Assembly: GCF_006345805.1 (NCBI RefSeq)
Contig: NC_042997.1
Location: 123,194,001 to 123,258,000, forward strand
Direction of reading: 5' to 3'
Source of the DNA: Octopus sinensis
Taxonomy: Eukaryota
Length of the DNA stretch: 64,000 nt
Numbering within the stretch: position 1 is the first letter of the stretch; the number at the start of each line of letters is the position of its first letter. Below, piece by piece: positions 41,331-52,800 of the stretch. The position numbers were made by a program, and so were the translations under genes. The notes under the pieces are model-generated. The model was not told the origin of the DNA. It saw only the letters and a program-made list of their open reading frames with translations, and made no database searches.

Positions 41331-41699
41331 CACTCAGAAATGCAACAAAGACAAACGTAGTAGCGTATATAAGAACTATTCAAGTATGTCACAAACTGTT
41401 CTATGTAAAGGAAATCGAATTCGATAATATACATTTTTAAAACGTTTGGAAATAATGATTACGGGACAATTACGGAATAATAAACCAATAAACCGAATAT
41501 GATACTTATAGTCTAGCTACAAACTTATAATAATTAAATTAGAAGTGTATCAATGTTAGCGACGAAATCCATCAAGAATTTAGAGTTCAGACAACAAAAA
41601 AGCAGAATTATGGGTAGTGACTGCAGTCGCCTGAAACGAATGAAACGAATGAAAGAAAAAAATATACATGTGAATGTGTGTAAAATTCTTATCAATATA

Positions 41700-41703
41700 T
41701 GTG

Positions 41704-41735
<32 letters not shown>

Positions 41736-41757
41736 TGTATGTATGTATGTATGTATG

Positions 41758-41820
<63 letters not shown>

Positions 41821-41866
41821 ATATCTATATGTCTACCTTTCTCTCTCTTTATTTATCTATCTATCA

Positions 41867-41932
<66 letters not shown>

Positions 41933-42065
41933 ATGTCTATCTTTCTCTCTCTTTATCTATTTATCTATCTATCTATACATCAATGCCTCTCTCTATCTTT
42001 CTATTTATCTATCTATCCATCCATCCATCCATCTATCTATCTATCATCTATCAATTATCTATCTG
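41700..42065. repeat. (TATG)n/(TATC)n/(TCCA)n microsatellite block
   Basis: Direct reading; source of the YLSIYLSI pseudo-ORFs. Confidence 0.95.
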
Positions 42066-42661
42066 TATATATATTGTTCAAACTTAAACAAAACAACTGA
42101 CGAAGACAGGTGTAGGAACAACAAGCAGGTGTTTGAGTGTGGATATATAAATTGGGCGTGGCGTGAGTATATACGTGAGGATGAGGTGACAAATATGAGT
42201 GTGTGTGTGTGCGTGCATGCGTTTAAGTGCCCCAGTGCGTACATTACATGTAGTGGTATGCGTTACATATTCTAGTATATATGTGTGAATACATATGGAC
42301 GTGTTTGCGTATGTGAGCGGTTATCATGTGTGTGTGTTTACATGCATGGCCCTGGGTGTGCGTGTATCTGTACAAGTAACCTAGTGTATGTATTGTGCTG
42401 ATTGATGCGCGTTTTATGTATTTGTGTGTTTGTGCGTATGGCTAACCTGGATATGTATGTGTGTGTGTGTGTGCGTCCGTGTACAAAAGCATGTGTTTAG
42501 CAGTTTATATGTACTTATACAGATTGGATATATGTGTGTGACTGTGACCATATAGTGTGGATGTATATATTTGGGAGAGAAGGCTATCTCTGTATAAAAG
42601 TGTTGCGTGTGTTTATGCGTGTTGCGTATGAATGTGTATGTGCATATATTCCTTTTTTCTT

Positions 42662-42847
42662 TAGGCACAAGGCAAAAAAATTTTCGGGAGGTGGCCATTC
42701 GATTAGTTCGACCCTATACGCAAATGGTACTTAATTTATTGACCCCGAAAGTATGAAACGCCAAGTCGGTCTCAGCGGAATTTGAACTCGGATCGTAAAG
42801 ACAGACGAAATACCACTAACCATTTCGCCCGGCTTGCTAACGTTTCT
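42662..42847 (-). mobile_element. SINE family A' (5'-clipped)
   Basis: Tail gccttgtgccta, family A body; directly abuts the next copy. Confidence 0.8.
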
Positions 42848-43073
42848 TATTTCTTTATTGCCCACAAGGGGCTAAACACAGAGGGGACAAACAAGGACTG
42901 ACAAACGGATTAAGTCGATTATATCGACCCCAATGCGTAACTGGTACTTATTTAATCGACCCCGAAAGGATGAATGGCAAAGTCGACCTCGGCGGAATTT
43001 GAACTCAGAACAAAAAGACAGTCGAAATACCGCTAAGCATATTCGCCCGCCGCGCAAAACGTTTTTGCCAGCT
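42848..43073 (-). mobile_element. SINE family A
   Basis: Tail tttagccccttgtgggcaataaagaaata. Confidence 0.88.
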
Positions 43074-43201
43074 TCAGTGTGTGCGTATATATTGTCTGTG
43101 TTCAGTCATTATGCACTTGTGTGGGTATGGGAGTGTGTCTGATGGTGTGTGATGTGTGTACTGAGTTGAACAGGGAGTAGAAATACTCGTAGAGTAATGT
43201 A

Positions 43202-43234
<33 letters not shown>

Positions 43235-43241
<7 letters not shown>

Positions 43242-43360
43242 AAATTTACAGAAAATCAGAAGACGAAGACAAGTGTATGAACAACAAGCAGGTGTTTTAG
43301 TTTGATGACCGGGAAAGTGAGAAAGTCTTTTACGTTTAAAGCCTACGCTCTTCAACAGAA

Positions 43361-43365
<5 letters not shown>
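43235..43365 (-). mobile_element. PLE terminal remnant with decayed hammerhead-like core
   Basis: Reverse complement tttt-CTGTTGA-a-gagc-gtag-gct-ttAAA-cg-ta-aaa. (TA)n on both sides. A related fragment lies at about 42080-42140. Confidence 0.5.
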
Positions 43366-43399
<34 letters not shown>

Positions 43400-44488
43400 T
43401 ATATATATACATATATATATATATATAGAGAGAGAGAGAGCGAATATAGCTAGCACTCCACCGGTTACAATGATAGTTCAAAGTGATGCACCACTCTTTA
43501 AATTAACATGTGCTCACTTAATGTACATCTCAGGGAGACTAAGCAAGTCACAGTATGTGACAAGGAACCATCTAAAATGCAGATGATACTCATTTGTGAC
43601 GGCTGCTGACTGCCCTGGAGCAACGAGCGATAAATTGTCTTGTTCAAAGTGACCAGGCTCACACGTGAGCCCAATACGCTACCCACTAAACCACATGCCT
43701 TCAAACGTCCCCACACGCACACATACTTATATATAGCTGTATGTGTATGTGTATGTGTGCGTGTGTGTGTGTATGTAAATATGCAGTTTAAAGAAAAGGT
43801 TTGCAAGAAATATATCAGAGTTCACATGTCAAATTACAAGCAGTAGACTGTCACATACAATATCACGGTATATGAGTTTTATATGCGAATCATTATTGTG
43901 TCATGTTTATATTGCCTAATCATCATCACCGAATTCTTAATGCAGTTACTTGTCAATATACACCGAAGTAAACATTCGTGCACGCGGAAATACAGGTTTT
44001 TTAATCTACAGACATATGTGTAAACAATCAATCATCAAGCGAATGAGAGGCGTTCTGTTTATTCAAGTAGAGGTCGAATCAGATACACATCTGGAAAATG
44101 TTGACAAAATTCTTATGGAACCTGTCTGATAAAAAATTTCTTGGTCGTTATCAAGCGTTTCCATTAACACACACATAATGCATACGTGTATGCGTCTCCG
44201 TATGCGTGTGACTAAGTTGTTTTTGTGTTTGCGTGCGCGTGCGTGTGAGTGTCTGATGGTATAGTCTCATGTGTCTAGTAAAGAGTGTATCAAGAGATAT
44301 ATTAACGGTCAGAAAACAGAAGTCACACGAACGTCCATACACTCTCCATCAATGCATATTTACATATATACATGAACACATACTCAATCACACAAACACA
44401 CACATACAAATTTATATCGTTTATGTATATCCTCATATATATATATCAATACATGTATTTATAAATATATACATCCGTATATATATCT

Positions 44489-44720
44489 CTTTCTTTACTA
44501 CCCACAAGGGGCTAAACACAGAGGGAACAAACAAGGACAGACAAACGGATTAAATCGATAACATCGACCCCAGTGCGTAACTGGTACTTAATTTATCGAC
44601 CCGGAAAGGATGAAAGGCAAAGTCGACCTCGGCGGAATTTGAACTCGAAACGTAACGACAGACGAAATACCGCTAAGCATTTCGCCCGGCGTGCTAACGA
44701 TTCTGCCAGCTCGCCGCCTT
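44489..44720 (-). mobile_element. SINE family A, full length, with 24-bp TSD
   Basis: Perfect direct repeat atatatacatccgtatatatatct at 44465-44488 and 44721-44744. Confidence 0.93.
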
Positions 44721-44784
44721 ATATATACATCCGTATATATATCTATACATATATACATATATGCATGTGTATGTACATTATATA

Positions 44785-44819
44785 GGTAGATAGATAGATA
44801 GATAGAGAGATAGATAGAG

Positions 44820-44889
<70 letters not shown>

Positions 44890-44890
44890 G
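44785..44890. repeat. (GATA)n microsatellite
   Basis: Direct reading. Confidence 0.95.
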
Positions 44891-46566
44891 TATAATTCGT
44901 CATGGTACATATGTATATACGACTCTGTCTTTGATAGTACTAATGGCAGAGACATTTCTAATGTTGTAGTGATCAGATCAATAAGGACTGCGGGGAGAAG
45001 GGGGCTGCTAGTGAAGAAGAGTTCAACGGACAAAAGCTTTGAAAGAGAATCCATTAAGAATGTTTATTTAGAGACAGTCTAAACTCAGATACATTACAAA
45101 TGTATTAACTGAAATAGCGTGTTGAATATTGTATTGTGCGATGTGAAAAACCTCTTTGATTCTTCAAATTGGAAAACTTACTGAGTTGTATATCGTTAAG
45201 TGCTCGGTTGTACTGCTAGAATTAGCAGCCAATCAACCTCAAAATTCACCCAAGTTTCTCTCGAAAATAAGAAAAACGGAAGCGCTTGTGAGATGCTTTG
45301 GTCCAAAACATTCTCCGAAAAATGTGGATAATTTGTAATTGCTGAATGGTGATATTTTTTGTCCATTTGATCAGAATTAGGGCGGAAACGCACAACAGAG
45401 TAGCAGAATATGTTTGTGTGTTTGTATTTTTTGTACGTATGACTATATATCAATTATTTAGTGGCAATTATAATTTTCCTCTTTTGTAAATCATTCCACA
45501 CTGCTTGATTAATTTCACGTATATATATATAAGCATATATAGTCATACATATACATGCATATACATACAAAGAAGTGTGGGTGTGTACGTATGTAAAAAG
45601 CAAACACAGACACACACGCTCATACACACATGAACACACGCGCACGCACACACATGCTCATGCCCACGTACAGATAGATATCAATTTATTCAAATTTTAT
45701 CAAACAAGATGGTTTAACTGTGTGTGTATCTTCCGTAATGAAAAACGTAAAATTTTTATGCATTTATTTACATACTGTTATCATTTGTCCATAGATACAT
45801 GAGAGCTTTATGATTCTGGAGTGTAACAGTAACAACACCGTATTTGCACCTACATAGAAGCATATTCACTGACACCTTTACACACTACGTCTGTGTATGT
45901 ACGGCTTGGATCGTTGAGCTACAATTTATTTTGAGGTGCACTTAGAAAATGTGATTAAAATTATTGCCCATAAGCACATGCGCTTGCTTTTTGAACTTTT
46001 GAACTTATTCAAAGCCTACTGTTGTTCAACACAATTTGTTTTAATCTTTACATCCCCAGGTGTCTAATCCCTATATGATTAATTTTTGTTGTATTTTCTT
46101 CATGTATTTCATAAACATTTTAAGTTATTTATTTCTTATAAATTTCCTTTAACTACCTTACTTCATCTTCTATCCCTTTCTGTTGTTTCTTAACAGTAAC
46201 CATACTAATTTCCCCGAAGTTCATTGTAGTAACTTCGTTGATATTTTTTCTACTAACCATACCAGCCAATTTTTTTAATCTCCGTCTTCCATACATTCTA
46301 TATACAAGAAGAAAATATTGAGTGTATATTGATGTAAGCGTTATGTTCTAGTAATCTACTGAAATAGATTCCTTTATTTATGTCGGTTTGAGAACATAAA
46401 ATTTTATTGTATAGTATGTAGCGTGCATATTAATATAAAATTTGTAAACTATGTAGTTCACACTGAAATTCTGACTGCACGAAGAAGTCTGAGAAACGGC
46501 TTTAATCCAAAGGCTGTAATGCGATTAAATAAATATATTCAGGTATATACATGAATTCATATATAT

Positions 46567-46622
<56 letters not shown>

Positions 46623-46672
46623 ATATATGTATATGTATGCATGCATGTATGTATATAAGTATGTATGTGTGT

Positions 46673-46706
<34 letters not shown>

Positions 46707-47219
46707 GGATATTTATTTAACAAAAATTACGTAATATGTTAATAGTGAAACATGTATGCGAATAATCCATATTTTTATTGCTTTTTCTTTTGACTTGCTC
46801 GATTACGTTTTGGTTGTTGTGCTAAGTGTTCTTGAGAACATTTCTTAGTGGTAAGACGGTAGCAGATCCAATTCTACCATAAGTGTGTCCACATAGTGGT
46901 TTCCCTCTAATATGTATATAATACAATTTTACTGAACCTTCAGTTGTTTTTATATGCTAGACCACTGATGTGAAATCGATGTTAATTAAATTAATATCTA
47001 ATTTCTCACCCTCATTTTAAATTTAAATTTATATATATAGGTTTATATATTTATTTTGTAATGTGTGTGTGTGTGTGGTGTGTGTGTGTGTGTGTGTATT
47101 TAGGACTAAACATCTTGTATTGATTTTTTTCTGATTTTTCAGATTTTTTATATGCTATGCTACTGGTTTTAAATTTATATAAAATAAATTAGAATTCAAT
47201 TTATCCCCCTCATTATTTA

Positions 47220-47303
<84 letters not shown>

Positions 47304-47335
47304 AGTTGCCTAATAGTGGTTTTATCTGTAATTTA

Positions 47336-47376
<41 letters not shown>

Positions 47377-47439
47377 ATTATATATATATGATGGTATACT
47401 TTAGGGTGTCCGATAAGTCGTGGATCGCCTTGGTGTCTT

Positions 47440-47696
47440 ATAATCAAATGAAAAATAACAGGCGGTGGATAATTGTCAGCTCCTTACAGGGGTTTCTTAC
47501 GCATTTTTAAAAATAGAAGAATGAGAAATACTCCATTACAATAAAACCGTAATCATCAGATGAAACCTAATTTTACAAACAAAAGTATATCCATAGAATA
47601 GAACAGGGACGTGGCTTAAGGCTGTCGAGGCAATTCTCATTCTTCTATCAAAAATGCGTAAGAAACGATTATCCGTCGTCTGTTATTATTCATTTG

Positions 47697-47701
<5 letters not shown>
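47440..47701. repeat. Fold-back element with imperfect inverted arms (47440-47527 and 47634-47701)
   Basis: ataatcaaatgaaaaataacaggcggtggataat..tttcttacgcattttt..atagaagaatgagaa versus its reverse complement, with one indel of about 20 nt. Confidence 0.8.
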
Positions 47702-47761
<60 letters not shown>

Positions 47762-47778
47762 TATAGATATATAGATAT

Positions 47779-47837
<59 letters not shown>

Positions 47838-47884
47838 TAGATATAGATATAGATATAGATATAGATATAAAAATATACATAGAG

Positions 47885-48010
47885 GAATTGTGACAATTAT
47901 TCGGTAGCCATGATAAAACTCCGAGTTTCCAATACCGAGGTGGACATCCACGCCGCAATCTCTTCAGTTATCTGGCCATCGGAAACTCGGAGTTTTATCA
48001 TGGCTACCGA
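47885..48010 (-). mobile_element. Repeat terminus with a 30-bp perfect inverted repeat and a hammerhead-like fold
   Basis: Arms 47901-47930 and 47981-48010. Minus strand gccagataa-CTGAAGA...GAAA-ctcggag-TT-ttatcatggc. Related copy at 61057-61156. Confidence 0.6.
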
Positions 48011-48034
48011 GTAGTCTTACCATTTTTATCAATA

Positions 48035-48068
<34 letters not shown>

Positions 48069-48074
<6 letters not shown>

Positions 48075-48270
48075 ATCCAAACAAGAAAGCACAAAAAACA
48101 CAACAACGCGAGGACGTGGAACAAATATAGTATTATTGGACGCTCAGGAAAGAAGGAAAGAAGGAGGGTTTAACGTTTCGAGCGGAGCTCTTCGTCGGAA
48201 ACATAGGAGAAAGAAAGATCCAGAGAAGGGAAGACAGAGGAAAAAAAATCGCCAACGGTACACACGAGGT

Positions 48271-48278
<8 letters not shown>
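48069..48278 (-). mobile_element. PLE terminal-repeat unit carrying a minimal type I hammerhead-like motif
   Basis: About 210 nt between (TA)n tracts; near-identical to 58353-58554. Motif at 48168-48202. Confidence 0.7.
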
Positions 48279-48303
<25 letters not shown>

Positions 48304-48311
48304 CCTCACCT

Positions 48312-48606
48312 CACGTGACCGACCAGACCATTAGATGTTGCTACACATCGCTGGTCACAATGCATTTGCATTGTTTTGGCCTTCGAATGACACCACCCCG
48401 CTGGCTAAGCGAGCAGGCCAACAGAAGAAAGAGTGAGAGAAAGAGTGGTGAAGAAGTACAGCAGGTATCACCACCCCCTGCCGGAACCTCGTGGAGCTTC
48501 TAGCTATTTTCGCTCAATAAACATACCCAACGCCCGGTCTGGGAATCGAAATCGCGATCCTACGACCGCGAGTCCGCTGCCCTAACCACTGGGTCATTGT
48601 GCCTCC
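48312..48606 (-). mobile_element. tRNA-derived SINE family D
   Basis: Reverse complement ggaggcacaatgacccagtggttagggcagcggactcgcggtcgtaggatcgcgatttcgattcccag (A and B boxes), then about 230 nt of non-tRNA body. May correspond to a described octopus OR/OK SINE (unverified). Confidence 0.8.
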
Positions 48607-49339
48607 ACCTATATATATATAGTTGTACTCACTGCTTTCCTGTGAGAGTCAGCGGTACTTCATGCATCTTTGATATATATGCAAAACATTGGAATCCTTC
48701 GCTGTGAGTGAACTAAGAATGAAAACATACTATCTTTACTACTATAAGCATAAACGTGAAGGGAGTCTCCAGACACCCATTTTCGTGCGTAATGTTACAC
48801 ATTAGAAATATTGGTGAATCAAAATATACACATGTGCAGTAGCTTATTCCAATGGTTAAATCTATTTTATACCTGGCGATTTAGGGTTATTTGTGCTCTC
48901 AAATTCACTCACCTGAAGAGGTGCAGATGGACATTTACATTTAGATCATATTGATGTAAGAATACATATAATATGCATTAGACTCATCAATTATCAGATG
49001 ATACTATTGTGTAGAAACAATTGTAGTGACTAGGATTAAAACCAGTTCATTCGATCTACTTGTATCATAAGGATATCTATATATCAGATGTGTGCTATTT
49101 ATAGCAAAAAGGCCGGGTATATTTTAGAAGAGGGTAAGAAATCCGGCAAACGGCTCAGCAGGGATATTTGAATTATTCTAATCTATGTTGCTTTGTGCAT
49201 AGCATATGTGTGTCTGTACGTGTCTTCAGTATTGCAGAAGAGTTTATAATTTCGTTTCATAATTATGATTTCCAGTTTCTATTTAACAGCGTGGTACCTT
49301 CATTTTTTTCTGTCCTTTGAGTTCAGTTCTATATTTAAG

Positions 49340-49560
49340 AGATGATTTACATCATTTAGAGTATTTGCAGTTGACGGATATTTGTCCTCATCTTGTTTGT
49401 TTTTAACACAACCTTTCGGCTGATATACCCTCCAGCCTTCATCAGGTATTTTGGGGAAAATACCTTAGGGATTAGAACCCAGGTTCGAAAATTCCCCAAG
49501 ACATCTGATGAAGGCTAGGGGTATATCCGTCAAATGTAAATAAAGTAAATAATGTAAATA
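49340..49560. mobile_element. Head-to-head pair of PLE terminal fragments
   Basis: Minus strand atac-CTGATGA-a-ggctg-gagggtatat-cagcc-GAAA-gg-TT-gtgt (49406-49449). The plus-strand copy is deleted after ctgatgaaggct..gtatat. The centre is the hairpin ggtatttt-gggg-aaaatacc. Confidence 0.75.
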
Positions 49561-50170
49561 TCCTTTGAGCTGCTTGGAAATACGAAAATTGTAAATGAAA
49601 CCGAAGTGTGAGTAGTACTAGTAAATTTAAGATCCAACTTTGTCACTCTATTTAAAGTTGATTTCAACTATGCTTTAAATGAAAGGCAGCCGTGTTAGTA
49701 GATTATCTCGTCACTTGCACGCGACGTCATCTAGCCACGTGATTTATTTAAATGGAAACAGAACTTGCTTGTTGAAGTTATATGTAAAAAGTAATTTGGC
49801 ATTTAAGTGATGGACCGCTGAATACTTTTAGTAAAGTTCATATTTATATGAAGCATCATTTTGTCAGAACATTCAACGTCACTAATATTCGTCATATTGC
49901 TAACACTTTCCATGGTGATTGATTTTGCAGTTATTGATATATACTTATATATACTGTGATCCTGACTAGATCAGCCAACACATCCATCCGTGTGTAAATT
50001 TCATGGAAATAAGGATTGATGAAGCGGGACAAAGATGTATTGAAATGACACGCGTCTGATATTATCACAATATTATGTGAAGATTAAACGCAAGTATACA
50101 ACTCTCACACATTTATGAATATACTTACGTATAACTATAAAGACCTATACATATATAAATATGTATACAT

Positions 50171-50216
<46 letters not shown>

Positions 50217-50226
<10 letters not shown>

Positions 50227-50437
50227 CAACAATTGAGGGCAAAATTAATTAATTATTAATCAATTTCACCAAGTGTTCAGTATGCAAAGGGACCATTCAA
50301 GGCGAATTCAAATTATTACATTATATAAAAGGGCTTAGTAAAATAAATTACTTTGCCGCATACTGAACTCATTAGAAAAGCTGCTATTTCTAATGAGTTC
50401 AGTATGCGGCAAAGTAATTTATTTTACTAAGCCCTTT

Positions 50438-50445
<8 letters not shown>
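50217..50445. repeat. Repeat fragment ending in a perfect 59-bp palindrome
   Basis: 50320-50378 is the reverse complement of 50387-50445; 8-nt loop; (TA)n on both sides. Confidence 0.9.
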
Positions 50446-50481
<36 letters not shown>

Positions 50482-52239
50482 ATATGTGTGTGTTTATGTG
50501 TGTATGTATGTGTGTATAGATATATGTGTGTACGCACATGTGTATTCATAGATAAATAGATAGATAGGTATCAATGACGTCAAACAGTTAGATATAAATA
50601 TATTGGTATATATAAATAGATGGGAAGATTTAATTTCATGATATACGCTATAGAACTTCTATAAATATAAAAGCCATATTTCAAAGTGAAATATTGAAAT
50701 GATTATACATGTTTCTGTCAATGATGATTTGAAACAAATCAATTTTAATCGCCGCGTTTTAGTATAAACTTTAAATAATCACAAAAAATATAACATATCA
50801 TTGAATGGTTATTTTTGTTTGACTCATGGACCAGTTTCCATTTACAGGAAGGATGGTAGGATACCAGGGGAACATTTTAAATGAGATATTATGCTTTGAT
50901 AAATTTTATATGTTTTCTACTTTTGAAGTCACCGATGTGTGTCAATATGAAATATGTCGGTCATAGTGATGTATTACATACGGCTGATGAAACTGGAGTG
51001 ATCATTGATGCACGCAATCTATATCTCACATTAATTTAATATTGTTTAAAATATCATAGATTCTTCACAAGATATGAAGGATTTAAACTGTTTAACGCTT
51101 GATAAATCTCTATACATATGTGTTTATTTTCTCACTGGCGACTTGGTTAGTTCCATAAAAATCTCTGCTTGATATTCGATTTAAATTGCGTTACCATGAC
51201 AACAACCAAGTTACGTACTGCAAGAAGAGACAAGTACCACATTTAATTAATATATTAGTGTATCGTACTGCTTAGGACATGCTTTTTTTCTGGTAGCTTG
51301 TACACCTACTCAAATTCTATACACACTAACGAAAATCCTGTAGATTAGTAAGTATCACAGGGGTCACAGGGATATTGTTGACCTACATTTTCGTAATTTA
51401 TGTAGTTCAGTAAAATGGATGCGCAAGAATGGCCATCGGCATTTCATTTTAATAGCCACCGGGGCATTTTAGCCTTGAAGAGAGATCTACATTATATTCA
51501 CACGATATTCTATGATGTAAAATATACAGTCACATACTTACTCCTCTATAAAACGCAGTGAAAGTCGTCCAAACGGTTTCGAATAACCCTCAAGCAGATT
51601 TGAACTGGTTACACGTTTGTATTTATATACATCAATCACTGATTAGCTCTGTTACCCCATATTTTATTTAACGCGAGCCGCCGATTACTGCTACCGCTTA
51701 TTAAAAGATGACGGGAATGTCATAAGAGAGAATGTCTCTCGTGTCTTCTCGTAGTACCGCTTTATCCGGTTTCGCTAGCTGTAGAATAGATAACTACTCC
51801 GAAATGCAATATCTCCTAGAGTCTGGACAATGTGGCGGTGCGAGTTGATTCGTCGTATTTATACCCATTTGTTAGCGGTGTAACATTTTCACTTTACACC
51901 ACTTTTCGCTTTAAAGTTTTCAGTTTAAAGTTTTCATGGCAAAACACAGTGAACGGATTTCTTACGAGTTCGAATATGCCTCAATCACATTTGAACTTGT
52001 AACAACTTTGTACATACTGTCTTAGGAATCTGATGTATTCTAAGCAAAGTATCAATCTTTAAATCTTTCTTTCAACGGAAGGAAACCATTTTGAATGAGT
52101 CAACTCAGTCTCTGACCGGATTCAATGCCCGTCCATAGTTCATTCATTTCCTTTGGTAAAGATAATTATGATGAATATCTTAGTTTCAGGGACATGATAG
52201 GCTGACTCCAGATCCTGCCTTTTATTATTCAACATGGAA

Positions 52240-52366
52240 TTGAGATCAAATTCCAGCGAGGTCGAATTGGCTTTCATCATAACTTGGTGGTTAAAGTAAA
52301 TATCAGTTGAACAGTGGGGTTGATCAAATGGACTTGCTGCCTCCCCCGAATTGGCTGGCCTTGTAT
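52240..52366 (+). mobile_element. SINE family A', degenerate
   Basis: gatcaaattccagcgaggtcgaattggctttcatc...ccccgaattggctggccttgt. Confidence 0.7.
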
Positions 52367-52367
52367 C

Positions 52368-52593
52368 ATAAAGTATTATGTGCCTCAAATGCTCTTTGGA
52401 TACTTGCATGTTAGAAAGGTTTTAATTAAAGAAAGTTTAATTCTATTATTCCGTAAAATAATATTTAATTAGTTTAAATGTACACAGATGCATAAAAATA
52501 ATTTTAAATTCCATTAGACATTCCAAAATACTATTAAATTTCATTCACTTTTAAAAAAAGATAAAATCGGACAGGACTTATGGGATGACCTGA
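52368..52593 (-). mobile_element. Mariner 5' end (TIR, 5' UTR, first 14 codons)
   Basis: TIR at 52568-52593 followed by TA; MQVSKEHLRHIILY from 52409, cut off by the SINE. Confidence 0.8.
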
Positions 52594-52596
52594 TAC

Positions 52597-52800
52597 TCTA
52601 GGCACAAGGCCGGAAATGTTTTTGATGGGGGAGGGGGCCAGTCGATCAGATTGACTCAAGTACGCAACGGGTATTTAATTTGTCGAACCCGAAGAGATGA
52701 AAGGCAAAGTCGACCTCGGCGGAATTTGAACTCTGGACGTAAAGGCAGGCAAAATACCGCTAAGCATTTTGCCCGTTAGTTTCTGCTAGCTCAGTGCCTT
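52597..52800 (-). mobile_element. SINE family A'
   Basis: Family A body and ggccttgtgcctagag tail. Confidence 0.8.
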
